A stretch of 59,975 nucleotides of DNA, counting the filler, from Sphacelaria rigidula (lineage: Eukaryota), in NCBI GenBank assembly GCA_964200075.2. It is 7 parts of 7 records of this genome, joined end to end, with 100 filler letters (N's around TTAATTAATTAA, not from the genome) between each part and the next. Parts side by side here need not be neighbours in the genome. Positions count along the whole stretch, not along the records: positions 17,169 to 25,650 come from CAXNAA020011003.1; positions 25,751 to 34,232 come from CAXNAA020011004.1; positions 34,333 to 42,813 come from CAXNAA020011005.1; 4 more parts are not named here. One strand, written 5' to 3'. A model generated the notes under the pieces. That model was not told the origin of the DNA. It made no database searches and saw nothing but the letters and a program-made list of their open reading frames with translations. Of the stretch, positions 24,201 to 36,895 are shown one piece after another. A program made the position numbers and the translations under genes. Each line of letters begins with the position of its first letter. The stretch's first letter is position 1.

Positions 24201-25230
24201 CCATTAGCAGTGTGTGCTGCTGAACCGACTGCTGCATCTTTGCTAAATTAGTCCAAAACTTTGGGGGTGCCGCGTGTGTGGGTGAGTGATACCGACACAC
24301 ATTTCAAGAGTGCGATCCTGGCCCGATTGCGAGAGTCTTTGCGCGTTGATCACCGGTTTGCGCTAGCGTATTCTCCGTGGTCTAACGGCACGTGCGAACG
24401 CATGGTCAAGGAAGTAGTTCGTGCTCTTCGATCTTTCCTTCTCCAGCAGCGTCGAAAGGTGACCGAGTGGGTGGACGTGTAGCCCGCTGTGCAATGGGCG
24501 CTAAATATAGCATATCGCCGTCGGTACGATAGTACGCCATATCACGTGATGTTTGGTCGTGCACCTCGGACGTCTTTCTCGGTGTTGGCGTCCTCATCGG
24601 CGGGGGAGTGGAACTGTGATGTCTTAAACGATGCGCAACTGAAGCGTGCGATGCAAGGATTTTTAGAGTTGCGGGAAAGTTTCCACGTTCAAGTGCAGGA
24701 GCGTGTTACCGCTAAACGTGCGCGTAGACGTGAGCAGGGGTCTTCGTCGGGGCTGGAATTGCCGAATTTCGAGGTAGGCGATTATGTTTTGTATGCACGT
24801 GTACGTCGCCCGGGAGTTACGCCTAAATTGATGGCGACGCCGTGGAGAGTGGTTGGTGCTCATCACCCGCATGTGTTTGAGATCCAAAACATTGTTTCGG
24901 GTCGTGTTCAGTCCGCCCATGTAGCTCGTCTGCATTATTATGCAGGCTCACAGCTTAATATAACGGCAGACGTGAAGAATGTGTTTCAGCACGCCTTCAA
25001 CCAGGGGCAATTTCAGATGGCTGAGATTGGTTCGCGTGGCAGAGGCAGAGGATCGTTCGTTGATCGTGTTGGTCGACTGGGTTGGTTCTGAAGTCGAGGA
25101 GCGTACGTGGGAGCCTTTTGAAAATCTTTTCGAGGTCGCTCCGGAATTTCTCAAAAAAGACTTGCGTAAAGTGCGAGTGACTCGTTCCATTGCTGCTCGC
25201 ATTACGCATGTCTTTGGTATTCAGTTGTGA
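21268..25230 (+). pseudogene. gag-pol pseudogene of the Gypsy element (gag mostly missing)
   Basis: Consecutive ORF pieces at 21127, 21482, 21968, 22231, 22944, 23778, 24261, 24489 and 24979. Confidence 0.93.
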
Positions 25231-25309
25231 CTTGCTCAATCGTTTTGGCATTATTTTTCTGAGTGTCAAGCTTGTTACTCGATTCCCGTCCAACGCGCTT
25301 TGGGGGTGC

Positions 25310-25536
25310 TGTGACGAAATCACGCCGTCACGTTGAGTATGCAGTGATGATATGGATGATGACGTGGACACAGTGGTGATACCCTGATGTGATTTATGGA
25401 GCGTATATACCTGGGTGGCACTCCAGGATAATAGAAGGTGTTGTGAAGGCTAACAACTGAAACCTGAGGCCAGTGGAACAGGGGAGTCCCTCAACAGCAT
25501 TAGACGCTGCAGTAATAGCAACCTGCTAGTATCACG
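25310..25536 (+). repeat. 3' LTR (227 bp)
   Basis: Direct repeat of the 5' LTR, about 13 substitutions by manual comparison; preceded by a G-rich tract GGGGGTGC. Confidence 0.95.
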
Positions 25537-26519
25537 CACTGCAGTAGCGTTGGTGTGTGGCGGCCACGACTGCTGCAATTAACAGCCGATCCTAATTTTT
25601 GGGGTTGAAACATAATATGAGGTTGAAGTCCCATCCCTCCATTGCAGGGANNNNNNNNNNNNNNNNNNNNNNNNNNNNNNNNNNNNNNNNNNNNTTAATT
25701 AATTAANNNNNNNNNNNNNNNNNNNNNNNNNNNNNNNNNNNNNNNNNNNNGCTGCTATTGATGGGCTTCTGGGGGGCGTTGTGGGAGCGTTTGGGGTGGG
25801 AGGGGATCGCGTTGGGGGGGTGGGTCGTACTCATCCATTGCTTGCCTTAGTCGTTGGACCGTTGACCACGCATCCCTTCCGAGACGGAGCACCGTCCCTA
25901 CTCCTGATAGAGCCACCTCCAACATTCTGGCGCTCATTACGTTTCTTCCATACATAGTTCCTCTGTCTCATAAATCTGGTCGGTTATGTTTATGCGAGCT
26001 CCTAACGGTGTGCGATTTGATTTTTGATCTTTATTGCATTCGTTGGCGTTTTTTTAGCTAAAAACAACACTCTTTCTACAACGTGGGTGCTCAACGCGTG
26101 CAGTCTCCCGGTCGAGAGAAAGTAGGTCGGTCAAAAAACGGCGATTTCTCGCTCTTTTCCCCAGTAAGCATGAGGGATCCGGGAACACGAAAAATCGCGA
26201 AAAAACGTGAAAAAAACGTGAAAATCGAAAAAGAACCATTGATTTTGGATATATATGTTATCTCCGTGACGTTATCCTACGCACGCCCCATCAAACATAC
26301 TTTCAGCATGTAATCGCTAGTGTTTGACGAAAAAGCGTCCAAAATTGGTCAATATTGGGGGTATGCGTGGACCAAAAATGGGCCAAAATGGGCGTATTTT
26401 GACGTCATTTTAGTATACACCACTACTGTTTAATATATTTATTATTTTTGCATCAGCTTCGATGGCACTTGATCTTTCCCACGAACCCAACTATGGGATG
26501 ATCGGAAGAGTTTGAATGC

Positions 26520-26755
26520 ACAAACGATTGGACGCTCATCACTGCGCAGACTTATGAGACAGAGGAAGTAAGTAGCACAAAAACATTTTACACATCTTAT
26601 CCCCGTTCTGTTTCGCCGTCTGTGGCCACCATCCATCTCCTGGTATATCCATCGTGTCCTCGCTACTGTCTAATGAATCAAACGATCTCAGGCCACCTTC
26701 ATTCACGACCCGCATTTCGCCCTCTAGCACGTCCCGCTCCTGCTTGTATGGTTTT
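26520..26755 (-). mobile_element. Non-LTR retrotransposon C-terminal coding fragment
   Basis: YKQERDVLEGEMR..FDSLDSSEDTMDIPGDGWWPQTAKQ resembles a high-copy brown-algal LINE C-terminus (recalled, not searched). Confidence 0.55.
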
Positions 26756-27677
26756 GGGACGGGGGGGGGGGGGGGGTGCACCCAGGCTGCTGTCTCCTAG
26801 TTTATTGCCGAGGCGTACGCGGAGGCGGTCAGCTGCCGTGTATAGAGATCCTTGGCAGGGAGCAGCTGTAGATTGCGTGCTGCCAAGATATCTTGCTGGA
26901 TGGCCCTGCCTCTATACTGTCCACAGTGGGCCTGACCTATATGAGTGCTGTTGTGACATGTTTCGCTCGATGGTCACACTGGACGATAGGGGGGTCGGCG
27001 CTTGCTCCAGCCGAGCCACTTCGCTTGGATATTGTGACCTTACAATCAGCACCATCTTCAGGGCCTGAAATGCTGAATATAGTTCAATCTTCCATTTGCA
27101 TCACAACATATGATCATGTCCTAATTGACACTAGTACTCTGTACACACAGTATAATAACTGCGTCAAAAAGGTAAAGGCGCCTCGTTGGATCAAGGTTGG
27201 ACTAGCGGGTCTGCTCAGTCGTGCTGTAGAACTAGTTCTAATCTTGGGGGCTGGTTCTGCTATTCTGCTCGAGAGGACCGGTATAGTGGCCGCAGATTGT
27301 TGGTCAAAGGCTATAAGACAGGAAAGCGCCATCAGACTGTCGATTCAATCGCAAGGGCGTGGATTTGTTGTTTCCTTCTCAGCTAGACTCTCTACGAAGG
27401 TGAGATCCATCTAAGCTTCGCCGCTTCTCTTCGGCGTTGTAATCGGACGCGTTTCGGGTATAATATCCTCACGGGATGAGTTGACTCATTGCTGTCTCGA
27501 ACGGTGCGACGTGTGCGTCATAGGAGGATGAGCAGTCGAAGATATTTCATCGATCGCGTGTGATACCCGATTTGGTGATTTAATGTCGATCTCTGCTCCC
27601 CAAGAAAACCGAGACTGGAAAGTCATCTCCGAAGGGAAAAGGGTGTTATCCACCGTTCCGATTCATGTCGACCTGGT

Positions 27678-28130
27678 ACGAGCTGGGCCGGCCTAGACGC
27701 GGATTTAAGCTCTCAAAACAATATCTCGTCGACACAGACGAGTTGGGCCGTGATCATCATATCGTGTAATCATGGGAAAGATGCCCATTTGCTCAAAAGT
27801 GGGGGCCATTTTTTCTCGTTGATTAAATCCGATGTCTAGTAATTCATGTACAGTGTACCCTACGGAGATAGCTCCAATACCCAAGTATAAATGGAATCCC
27901 AAACGATATATACAGCGGATGATAACGATTTTTGGTGTGGACATTTCCTGAAGAACGGGGAAACGATCAATACCTCCACGTTTCCTAATTCGTTATCTGT
28001 CTCGAGGTATTGAGCACATAAGTTTCCATCCTAAAATCAATATATATATATACATTCCAAGGAGGGGCACTTATTGCACTAAATCTGGATATCAGAGTTT
28101 CGGAAAACGTTTTTTCGAATCTTAAGTGTC
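27678..28130 (+). repeat. Dispersed repeat family; copies at about 32014-32440 and 59421-59975
   Basis: GAGCTGGGCC..GGATTTAAGCTCTCAAA.CAATATCTCGTCGACAC.GACGAGTTGGGCC shared by all three. Confidence 0.8.
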
Positions 28131-30236
28131 AGAGTGGAAGAAAAAATAGCCGTTAACGGTGCACTTTCCGCTATGAAGTATTCTTTAGAGCAATTGTTTC
28201 AGAGTCAAAGTGCCGTTTGCACCACTTCACCCTGAAAACCGTTGTTCCTCTCCAGAGTTCATAGCGGAATGAAAAAGAACCACGCCCACCTTCACCACCA
28301 TGGTCACGTCCAGTCCAAAGTCTAAACACCCTTCCACGCAAAGTGAGACATTCATCATCCACCAAAACTTCCATACTCATCACAATGGGCCATTCACGAA
28401 GTAGAAAAGCTTGGCATCGCGATCAGAAGACCTCGCTGACGCCGCCATGGTATCAGCACTCGCTTTGCTGTGTTGCATGAAAATTCAAATGCTCGACGGG
28501 TACACGTTGCCTTGGTTGCAGTTCCCCACTCTTGCTAGCTTTGCAGCTGGAGGAAAAAGACGGTGGGGACGATTCGTAGTGTCCGTACTGTCTGTACTAC
28601 TGTTTGTACAGCTGACTCTCTGTACCGTATCGCTGTACAGTTGTAGGGTTATGTATTGCACTTTCTCTACTGCACTGTACTCCACGCTGCATAGCACTAC
28701 AACACTACAATGTCCTGTAGCGCGCCGTAGTGGATTGAAGTACTGCAGGTGCAGTGAAAAAGCGTAGTGAACGGTGCGTAGGATGCCGCAGTGTACGGTA
28801 CAGTCAGTGCTGTGCCAGCTTACGTCTCAGTTCTTGAGAGTTGTGCTTTGAAATTTCGTTTGGATAACTGCCACTGCATGAAGAAAAAATCGATTGTTTT
28901 TCTTCATTGTTTTTCTCATTTTTTGTTTTTTTCAAGGGAATTTCAAGGAAAAATGGACAGTACTTAGGGACCTGATCTCACTTTTTCAGCTTCATTTCAA
29001 CAATTGTGATTTGAAGCTTAGGCTACTATCTTATGTATTCGAAAAACTCCATCGGAAAATGTGTTTTCTGCTAAATGACCAAAACCCCACTTATTATGTG
29101 ATCACAAAACGCGTTTTTTGATGAATTGTTTTCTGATAACATTTTCCAATAGCCCAAATTGACCAGAAAATCACGATTTTCCGATAACCTCGAGCTATCG
29201 AAAAATGTTATCGGAAAAGCGTTTGAACACCCCTTACAGCTCACGACAGCACCTGTAATGGCTTGGTTGCCATCACTACTACTGCTGTCGCTGGTGCTCG
29301 CCGGCATTCAGCGTGTTGCATCATCGCCCTTCGCTCGCCTATAGCGTGGTAGCCTTTTACCCCATGAGAACAGCAGGGGGCAGGGTCGATGACGACTGCT
29401 GTACAGACAGGACAGTCTATGCTGTATGTCGTCCGTACAATATCGTAGCTCAGTTCATGTCTGTGCACGCAGCGTGTTGCGAACAGCTGTCGCAATGCTT
29501 TCCAGACCGGACTGACAGTACACACAAGACTGTAAGATAGGTAGTAGTGGTGCCACTACTGTAGTAGGTCCAACGCATACAACACAACAGCAGTGCCTAA
29601 ACTGTTGTCCGAGCTGCCGGTACAACCGAGTACTACAGTGCAGCGAACTTGCAGCTCAGTCCAGGTCTGTGCATGCAGCGCGTTGCGAACAGACGTCACT
29701 TTGCACTACAGACTGTCTACGCACCCCAAGCCTTGTAGATACAGGACCCTACGGACAGTACACACGAGACTATAAATAGTGCTACTGTTGAACTGCCACC
29801 GCCAAAGCATGTAATACAGCACTGCTATGTGTACTGTTGTCCGTGCTGTCGTTTCAATTAAGTACTACCGTGCAGTGAAAATGCACAACCACCACTTCTA
29901 CAGTCCGTTGGTACAGCAAGGCGATGTTCTTATTGCTTGTCCTGCCCCACGCAGCCCACCATGTATTGCTCAGGCAATGTATCACAGTAGTACAGACAGT
30001 CAGTACGGACCGTACACCACGACACGGTAGCAGAGTGCTGCGTCCTTCTCGCGCGCCCCAGAATTCGAAATTATGCCTGCATACCTCATAGAAGCGATGA
30101 ACACTGCGTTTTCCATGTTGATGGTGCGTCGATCACTTAAGAAGGGCTACTTAGAAACGTTCTGTTGGGAAACGTGCTATTGAAAAATGGCTTTTCTGAT
30201 CACGTGTTTTTTTATACATAAGAAGTAGTCTTATCA

Positions 30237-30443
30237 GAGGTATCCCAAACTCGGCTCCCGGTATCCTGGTCGTTTTGTTCTGTTTTTTCGAGTGAAAGTG
30301 ATGTCGATTCATCAGATGATGAGACCCGGTGATCGCTAGGTCAGGTCCTCCTAGGAATCGCGATCACCCTCACTTGAAAAGTAGTACACAACTCAGGGCT
30401 AGCGGATAAACCAGGATACCGGGAGCCGAGTTTAAGATACCCT
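30237..30443. mobile_element. Sola2-like MITE, second family
   Basis: 34-bp TIR GAGGTATCCCAAACTCGGCTCCCGGTATCCTGGT with a near-complement at 30410-30443; ATCA 4-bp TSD. Confidence 0.8.
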
Positions 30444-31003
30444 ATCATGGAGGTTTGCAGAGGCATGCCAGGGGAAAACATAAATGGCCCCCTCTTTTTT
30501 TTGTTTGGAGAGGTACGTGCCTTCTCGTGAAAATATGGTCACTATACTCAAGCGTCGTAAGCAAGTGAAGAAAAATTGTGTGTATATATATATATACATA
30601 TATCAACCTTTACCACTTTTTCTTTGGTCGGTTATGGCCTAGCGAGGTCCCACACAAATATTCAAGGCGCCAAACCTGGGCCGGTGAACGGCCTTGAAAT
30701 ATCGTTCAGAATTTTGCAATATCGTTCAGAACTTTGCCCGGCCCGGTTCCTTAATCGCCGTTTCTCACCTCAATTTGGCGTCCCGCGCGTAGATATCAGG
30801 AAAACACCGTTAACTCACGGAAAAAAAAAACCTTCGCGTCCCGCGCGACAGCGTTGTAGCATGCCCTATTCTTCCTCCCTACCAAATTTCGAAGTCTAAC
30901 TCGCAAAATTGAGGTGAGACGGGGTCTGCAATTACAAATTCGCGTCTCGGCTGGCCCAGCCTGTACTTTTGCAGCCTTACTACATCGTAGTATCAGGTTG
31001 GGT

Positions 31004-31124
31004 CGTGGGTTCAAATCTCACAGCGATCTGGGATTCTTTCTCACATCATGCCCAACAGTCGAGAGCGACGTGGGTTCAAATCTCACAGCGATCTGGGATT
31101 CTTTCTCACATCATGCCCAACAGT
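31004..31124 (+). repeat. Tandem duplication containing a Pol III B-box-like motif (SINE-like)
   Basis: GTGGGTTCAAATCTCACAGCGATCTGGGATTCTTTCTCACATCATGCCCAACAGT occurs twice. Confidence 0.8.
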
Positions 31125-31139
31125 GGAGAGCGACTATAT

Positions 31140-31378
31140 CGTGAGTACACAAAATTCGACCCAACGGGCGACGAAGGAAGGGACCGCTGAGCCCCTCTCG
31201 CGATAAAAAACAAGAGGTCAGCACCGCAAAAGGAAGGTGGGGTACTAAAAACGAACAAACAAGAAAATAACTCCTGTGTTGACCTTCCTCCTGTATGACC
31301 GCGGCTGGTGCGCCCACGTGTACCGAAAGGTGCAGACCGGCGTCCAGAATAGATGGGACGATAACGCACAACACACAG
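31140..31378 (-). repeat. High-copy interspersed repeat, second copy at 48422-48650 (+)
   Basis: Both pseudo-translate as SRGHTGGRST...; shared TTCTG(C/T)GGTGCT and CAGCGGTCCCT..CTCGTCG. Confidence 0.8.
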
Positions 31379-31611
31379 CTTCAACACGACTGTCTGTAGG
31401 CTACAGTGCCCTCTGTTGTGCATGTAGTGATGGTTCCCGCGTAATGCAACGCGAGCCGAGAAGATAGACCTCATTATTAGGCTGGTCCGTTCTTCCCCAA
31501 ATAAACGTTTTGTCTGCCTAGGTATAAGTTTGCATATGCTGTGCTTGGACAAACCTCGGACAAGTAGTGAAGTCACTGAGTCATGGTGTGTGCCTTATAT
31601 TGTGAGGAACA

Positions 31612-31895
31612 GCTCACCCGGCTAGATCATGCACCGATGGATTGTATTCTCTAACTTACCTGACCAGAACATGCACCGCTGAGTTTTTTCTATACCTCAC
31701 CCGGCCAGAATGTGGACCACTGAGTTACGTTGTATAACTTACCTGAAAATGATCTGCAACTTTGAATTACGTGCTATAACCCACCCGGCGAGAATATGCA
31801 CCGCTGACTTATGTTCTATATCTGAACCGGCCACCACATGCACCCATGAGTTATGTTGCTACAACTCACCCGGCAGAGTATACACCGACGAGCGC
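31612..31895 (+). repeat. Degenerate ~41-bp minisatellite, about 7 units
   Basis: Consensus close to CTCACCCGGCCAGAACATGCACCGCTGAGTTATGTTCTATAA. Confidence 0.8.
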
Positions 31896-32887
31896 GGTTT
31901 GAGTGTATGTTCCAATCGAGAATGCACAGCACACCTCAGGACAACTATCCGTACTTTCTATCTGGCTGAAACGTACTGCGCGCCCTTGAAGGGAAGTCTG
32001 CATTTCATCCTCACGAGCTGGGCCGGGATTTAAGCTCTCAAAGCAATATCTCGTCGACACGGACGAGTTGGGCCATAATCCGCACATGTATTATTCGTCG
32101 AACCAAGGGGAAGGTGCCCATCTGCTCAAACGTTTGGGCCTATATTTTCTCGTTGATTCAACCCCATATCTAGCTATTCCTATCCCTAACGGAGATGGCG
32201 TCCATACTAAAATCTCTATGAACCCCCCGATCGATGTATTCAGCGGATGGCGACAAATTTTGGCGTGGACAATCCCTGGAGCACGGGGAGACGATAGATA
32301 CCCTCACCTTCATCTAATTCGTAACCTATCTCGAGATCTGGCGCACATAGGTTTCCATAATAAAACCAGAATATTACGAGCAGAGGCACTACATGAACTA
32401 AACCTGAAAATCGCGTCTCAGGTTTTGAGTGCTATGCTATGAAAACAAGTTTGAGAACCGCTAGTGCATAATAAACCTTCAAAAACAGCTTTTTCATTTT
32501 TTTCATTTTTTTCACTTGTTTTAGGGGTTTGGGGGCAGTTTCGAGGAGAAACGAACACTGCTTTTGGGCCTGATCTTGATTTTTTAACTCAATTTTTAGA
32601 ATTGTGATTTGAAACTCAGGATCAAGAACCACAGACGTATGCTGAATAAAAACAAATGGGCCCTCAATTTTTTTGTTTTGGGAGAGGTTCGGGCGTTCTC
32701 GTAGAAAAGAAGTCGTTTCCATACTGAAACGCCGTAAATCAGTGGGGAAAAAAAATATGACCCACTTTGTTTCGTTAATTGTGCCCTAGCCACGGCCCAC
32801 ACGAAGTTTCAACACACAAACACCAAACGTGGGCCGGAAAGTGGCCTGCATGATACTGTCCCGGATTTCTTCTGACCTCTCACTAAA

Positions 32888-33152
32888 AGGCCCATTGTAC
32901 GATCAATATTCAGATTTGGATGCTGAAGTTTTGGTATGGACATGATTAGGGCATAATGAAAACAAATACCACTACACACAAGTGTTTTTTTGTCATGAGT
33001 TGAGGGCAGTAATCAGGCATCAGTAAAATGCTCTGAGCTCATGGAAAAACAAACAAACTTGTGTGCACTGGTATTTGTCTTCATTATGCCCTATCGATTG
33101 TCCGTACCAAATTTCAGGGTCCAACTCTAAATATTGGCCGGTGAATGGGTCT
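32888..33152. mobile_element. Foldback MITE with ~120-bp arms
   Basis: TAGGGCATAATGAAAACAAATACCA pairs with TGGTATTTGTCTTCATTATGCCCTA; complementarity extends to GGCCCATT/AATGGGTC. Confidence 0.75.
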
Positions 33153-33779
33153 GCAAACTACGATAGATACCCTCACCTTCAGCTTGTATCGATTAAAAAA
33201 AAAAGAGAGAAATACCTGCAAGACCGTTCGCAGGATTCATCTGAACAGTACGAGCTGGGCCAGCTGACAGTGATTCGCCAATGCATCCGGGCCACGCGGT
33301 GGGTAATCCGCAGCGTTGGGCGCTGAAATTTTGACAGCATTTTTATCGTCACTACGCACAACCTTCCCGGGGATGCCAAGGAAAAGCAAAACAAAAATCA
33401 GAAAGTTAGAGTGATTTGAAGTATCTGCACAAACTCGGAACGTGCAATAAGAAAATACGGGGGCATCCCTAGTGTAGTTGTGTGTCCTTGTGTAGAGGAG
33501 ATCCTGGTGCAATTCCGGCCAAAGATTCCAAATACTTGGCGCAGCATCCAACTTTCCATGTGGCACGGCTGTGCTCGTTTAATCCAAGTGATGCAGGAGA
33601 CTCCAGTCATGAAGATCACTAGTTCGAACCCCGATAGATTCTTTATTTTTGTTCCGTCGGTAAGTGCATACATTATGCAGAACATGTTTTAAATATTTTT
33701 TCATCCAGCGGCGGTGCCGTGCGTTACCAGGTTAGTCTGCAGATCACACCGATATACTCAAGTCGGGTTGAGTCGGTAA

Positions 33780-33990
33780 AGTTAATAAATTATGGTGTGA
33801 CATGCAAATGCGAGAGTTACTGCTGGCCCGGCTCGCACCGTTTCGCATCAGCTGACGCGCCGCGTCTTTTACTGACGATCCCGGAGCAGTATTCTGCATC
33901 TTCCGCTCTTGAATAGTGTGACTCCATCGAGATTCAAATCCAAGACCCAACCGTCAGAAGGTTTCGAGGTTACCCCGCAATTGAGTATAC
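33780..33990 (-). mobile_element. tRNA-derived SINE, degenerate copy
   Basis: Reverse complement matches the 8416-8485 head and continues into a body sequence. Confidence 0.6.
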
Positions 33991-34723
33991 TATACCCGAC
34001 CTGCCCTTGGAGGATTGGACTGCTGTTTTGAGGCGCGCGCTTTGCACACATCAGAACTACTCAGTGGCGCGGTGGACTTCCGTTACGCGTGCCGCGGAGC
34101 CCGCCGCACTTTGCCAACCGCCAAAATGTGCTAAAAAACGCGTTTCCTTCGACGTTCGGGGGCTTTTCGGATCCGCTGTACGAGCCGGGCCAGCCTAGAG
34201 GCTGCATGAACGTTTGCACGCGGATGCGCCGGNNNNNNNNNNNNNNNNNNNNNNNNNNNNNNNNNNNNNNNNNNNNTTAATTAATTAANNNNNNNNNNNN
34301 NNNNNNNNNNNNNNNNNNNNNNNNNNNNNNNNAAAATCAAATCGGACATCGTTAAGGGCTCGTATAAACATAACGATACAGACTTGTGGGACAGAGGAAG
34401 TATGTATGTATGTAGGGCGCTTGTCGCCGCCGCGTCCCGATGGTGCAATGGTCCGACTGTCGCCATTTGGGTGGACAGAACGAGGGCTCGATTCCCGATG
34501 CGGTGGGTTTTTACTTCGTGAGTAAACAAAGCAGTCGACCGAGAATGTTTGACGTAAGTTGACGCGGTGCGGGAGTGCTGATAGTCATGACTCAATCCGC
34601 GAGACCAAAATGCAAGGGGTGTACCGGGGGAGAGATGGGTTGATCCCTTGAGACCACAGACTCATTCCGAGAAAGGGGAGGGGTTCGAAGTACGACAAAT
34701 AAATAATAAACAAAATAAAATAG

Positions 34724-34822
34724 ATGTATGTATGTATGTATGTATGTATGTGTGTATGTATGTATGTATGTATGTATGTATGTATGTATGTATGTATGTA
34801 TGTATGTATGTATGTATGTATG
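34724..34822. repeat. (ATGT)n microsatellite
   Basis: About 24 tandem units read directly. Confidence 0.97.
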
Positions 34823-34958
34823 CATTACGTACGCATATTGCGTGTATGTGAGGGTGTCAGATAGTCTCGTTATTCCTGGGTGACTGTGTCCTTTTTAAAA
34901 CAGAAAGGAAAAATGATTTCGTTTGAAAACAACGGGGACGCGGTCTCTCTCCTCTCAC

Positions 34959-36833
34959 CCATCCCCATGGCTGTGTTCCGGGCGTCCGACCCCTCCTGGC
35001 TCTTGTCGTTGTAGGCTGGGAAGACGATCTCCATCAGATTTCGGGAGAGGTGGATCACCACCCGAAATGTGTGCACCGAGTAGCCCATTCCAACATGTCG
35101 TAGCACCCACACCCTGTTTTGTGTTTTGTGCGTTTTTGGTCGGCCGGAAGGTGTCAGGGGTCTGCATACAAGTATCGATATCGTTATAGACGCATAGCAC
35201 ATGTTTATCGTTTCGTTTCTTCGTGTTACCTTATACAGCACCTACAGCAGCACAAGCTCGCGTTTGTTTTATCAACACTTTTAGAATTTACCGTTGATGG
35301 AGAAGTGACTATTTTTCAAACTCCCATATGCGAGCTGTTCGTCACCGGAAAAAAAGTCACTTCGACTTTGGTGCACGAGTCTGCCACGTTAAGTATACTT
35401 GAACTTAGAGTGGTGCATCGTTTTGGTGGGTCTGCATCATCAATACTCGCGGAAAAACAACCATATCTTCAGAAAACGTCAATTGTAAATCGTCACTTTT
35501 CCATCGACGGTTCCGAAAGGCTTAAAAGAGTGCCTCAGAACGAGCGAGCGCACGTTTTCATGCATGCATGCATGCATGCATGCATGCACGCCCTTTCTTC
35601 TCTAGGAAAGCATTATAGGGAAGGCCGCGAATTTAGGGCTGTGAACCGGACCAGTCAATACCGTCGGATCACTCACCACGTTGGATGAGATGTTGACGCA
35701 GTCGAAGTCTCTTGGCTCCATAATGTGAGCCCTCACATTTTTGACGATCATACACGATCTTTGAAGAAGAAACAAACCAAACATGACCTTTTTTTTGCCC
35801 CCGGCGGCGATCTCGGGAGGCACCCTCACCAGTCGGAGGGTGACCGTTGGAGTTCTGTCATAACCAACATCACGCCGGCGGCCAGTTTCGACCGAACTCA
35901 CCAAAGCCGCCGATTCACAGCCCTGGGCATACTATAGTGCGGATAGGATTCTTCCCCGCCCACTATGAAAACAAACAAGCAGAAAAATCTCAAAGAAGGC
36001 ACTTCGAACTGATGGAATGAAGTGCATTCGTGTTTTCAAAAGATTTTCAGCACTAAAATCTGTCATTTTTTCCTATTGACCCCTTGTCCTGCCCTCCTCC
36101 ACCCCAAAAAAGGCAGGGGGAAAGAACAGGAGAAGAAAAGAAGAGAAGAAAAATAGCGAATTAAAAATGAGGGGAGAAAAAGGAGAAAAACGGAAAAAAT
36201 CGTAAAATGAAAAGAAAACAGAATAAAATAACACGAAAGAAGCGTGACATTGTACACGACCCCTCACACCCACCTGTGCATGGCAAACTTCTTCCTTCTT
36301 GCATAGTAGATGGCCAGGACGGCGGTGACGAAGAAGTACGAAATGTACAACAAGGATCCTGGCGCCCTTCCAAACTGATAAAAGCCTGCGGGCTGAAACG
36401 GTGAAAAGTTATGACAATTAAGCACGGGCAGAAAGTGTGAAATGTCAACGAGAATCCAACAACAAACGCAAAGCACGCACGCACGGCATACAAGTACTCG
36501 TATGAGCATGGAGAACATTAACAGCACCACCAGCACCACTACCACTACCACTACCACTACCACTACCAACAACAATAACAACAGTATCTTATTATTATTA
36601 ATAAAAATAAAACAGTCAGACGTTCATCATGTTGTCCTTGTTCTCCCTTATGCATCGAATGTAGTCAGCCCACTGCACATGATGAACGAACAGTACGCAC
36701 GTGCATGCAATACAATACGTTCACGCATTGTTTTAACACACAACACAAACGCACACCTTCTGATACAGTGCCATTCACACACAACAATCAGCCAAACGCT
36801 CAATTGATCACTCAATTCTACTACACACACACA

Positions 36834-36895
<62 letters not shown>

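Larger units (their letters stand above)
20711..25536 (+). mobile_element. Ty3/Gypsy LTR retrotransposon with chromodomain integrase, decayed
   Basis: Two LTRs; domain order PR (VLDSGA), RT (LDLLQGYWQ, WMDD), RNase H (PDASE, TDHRNL, NAWGDLLSR), IN (GHRG..CLHC, HFDF, WVSD, NGTCER), chromo (VDWVG..RTWEP); several stops and frameshifts. Confidence 0.97.
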
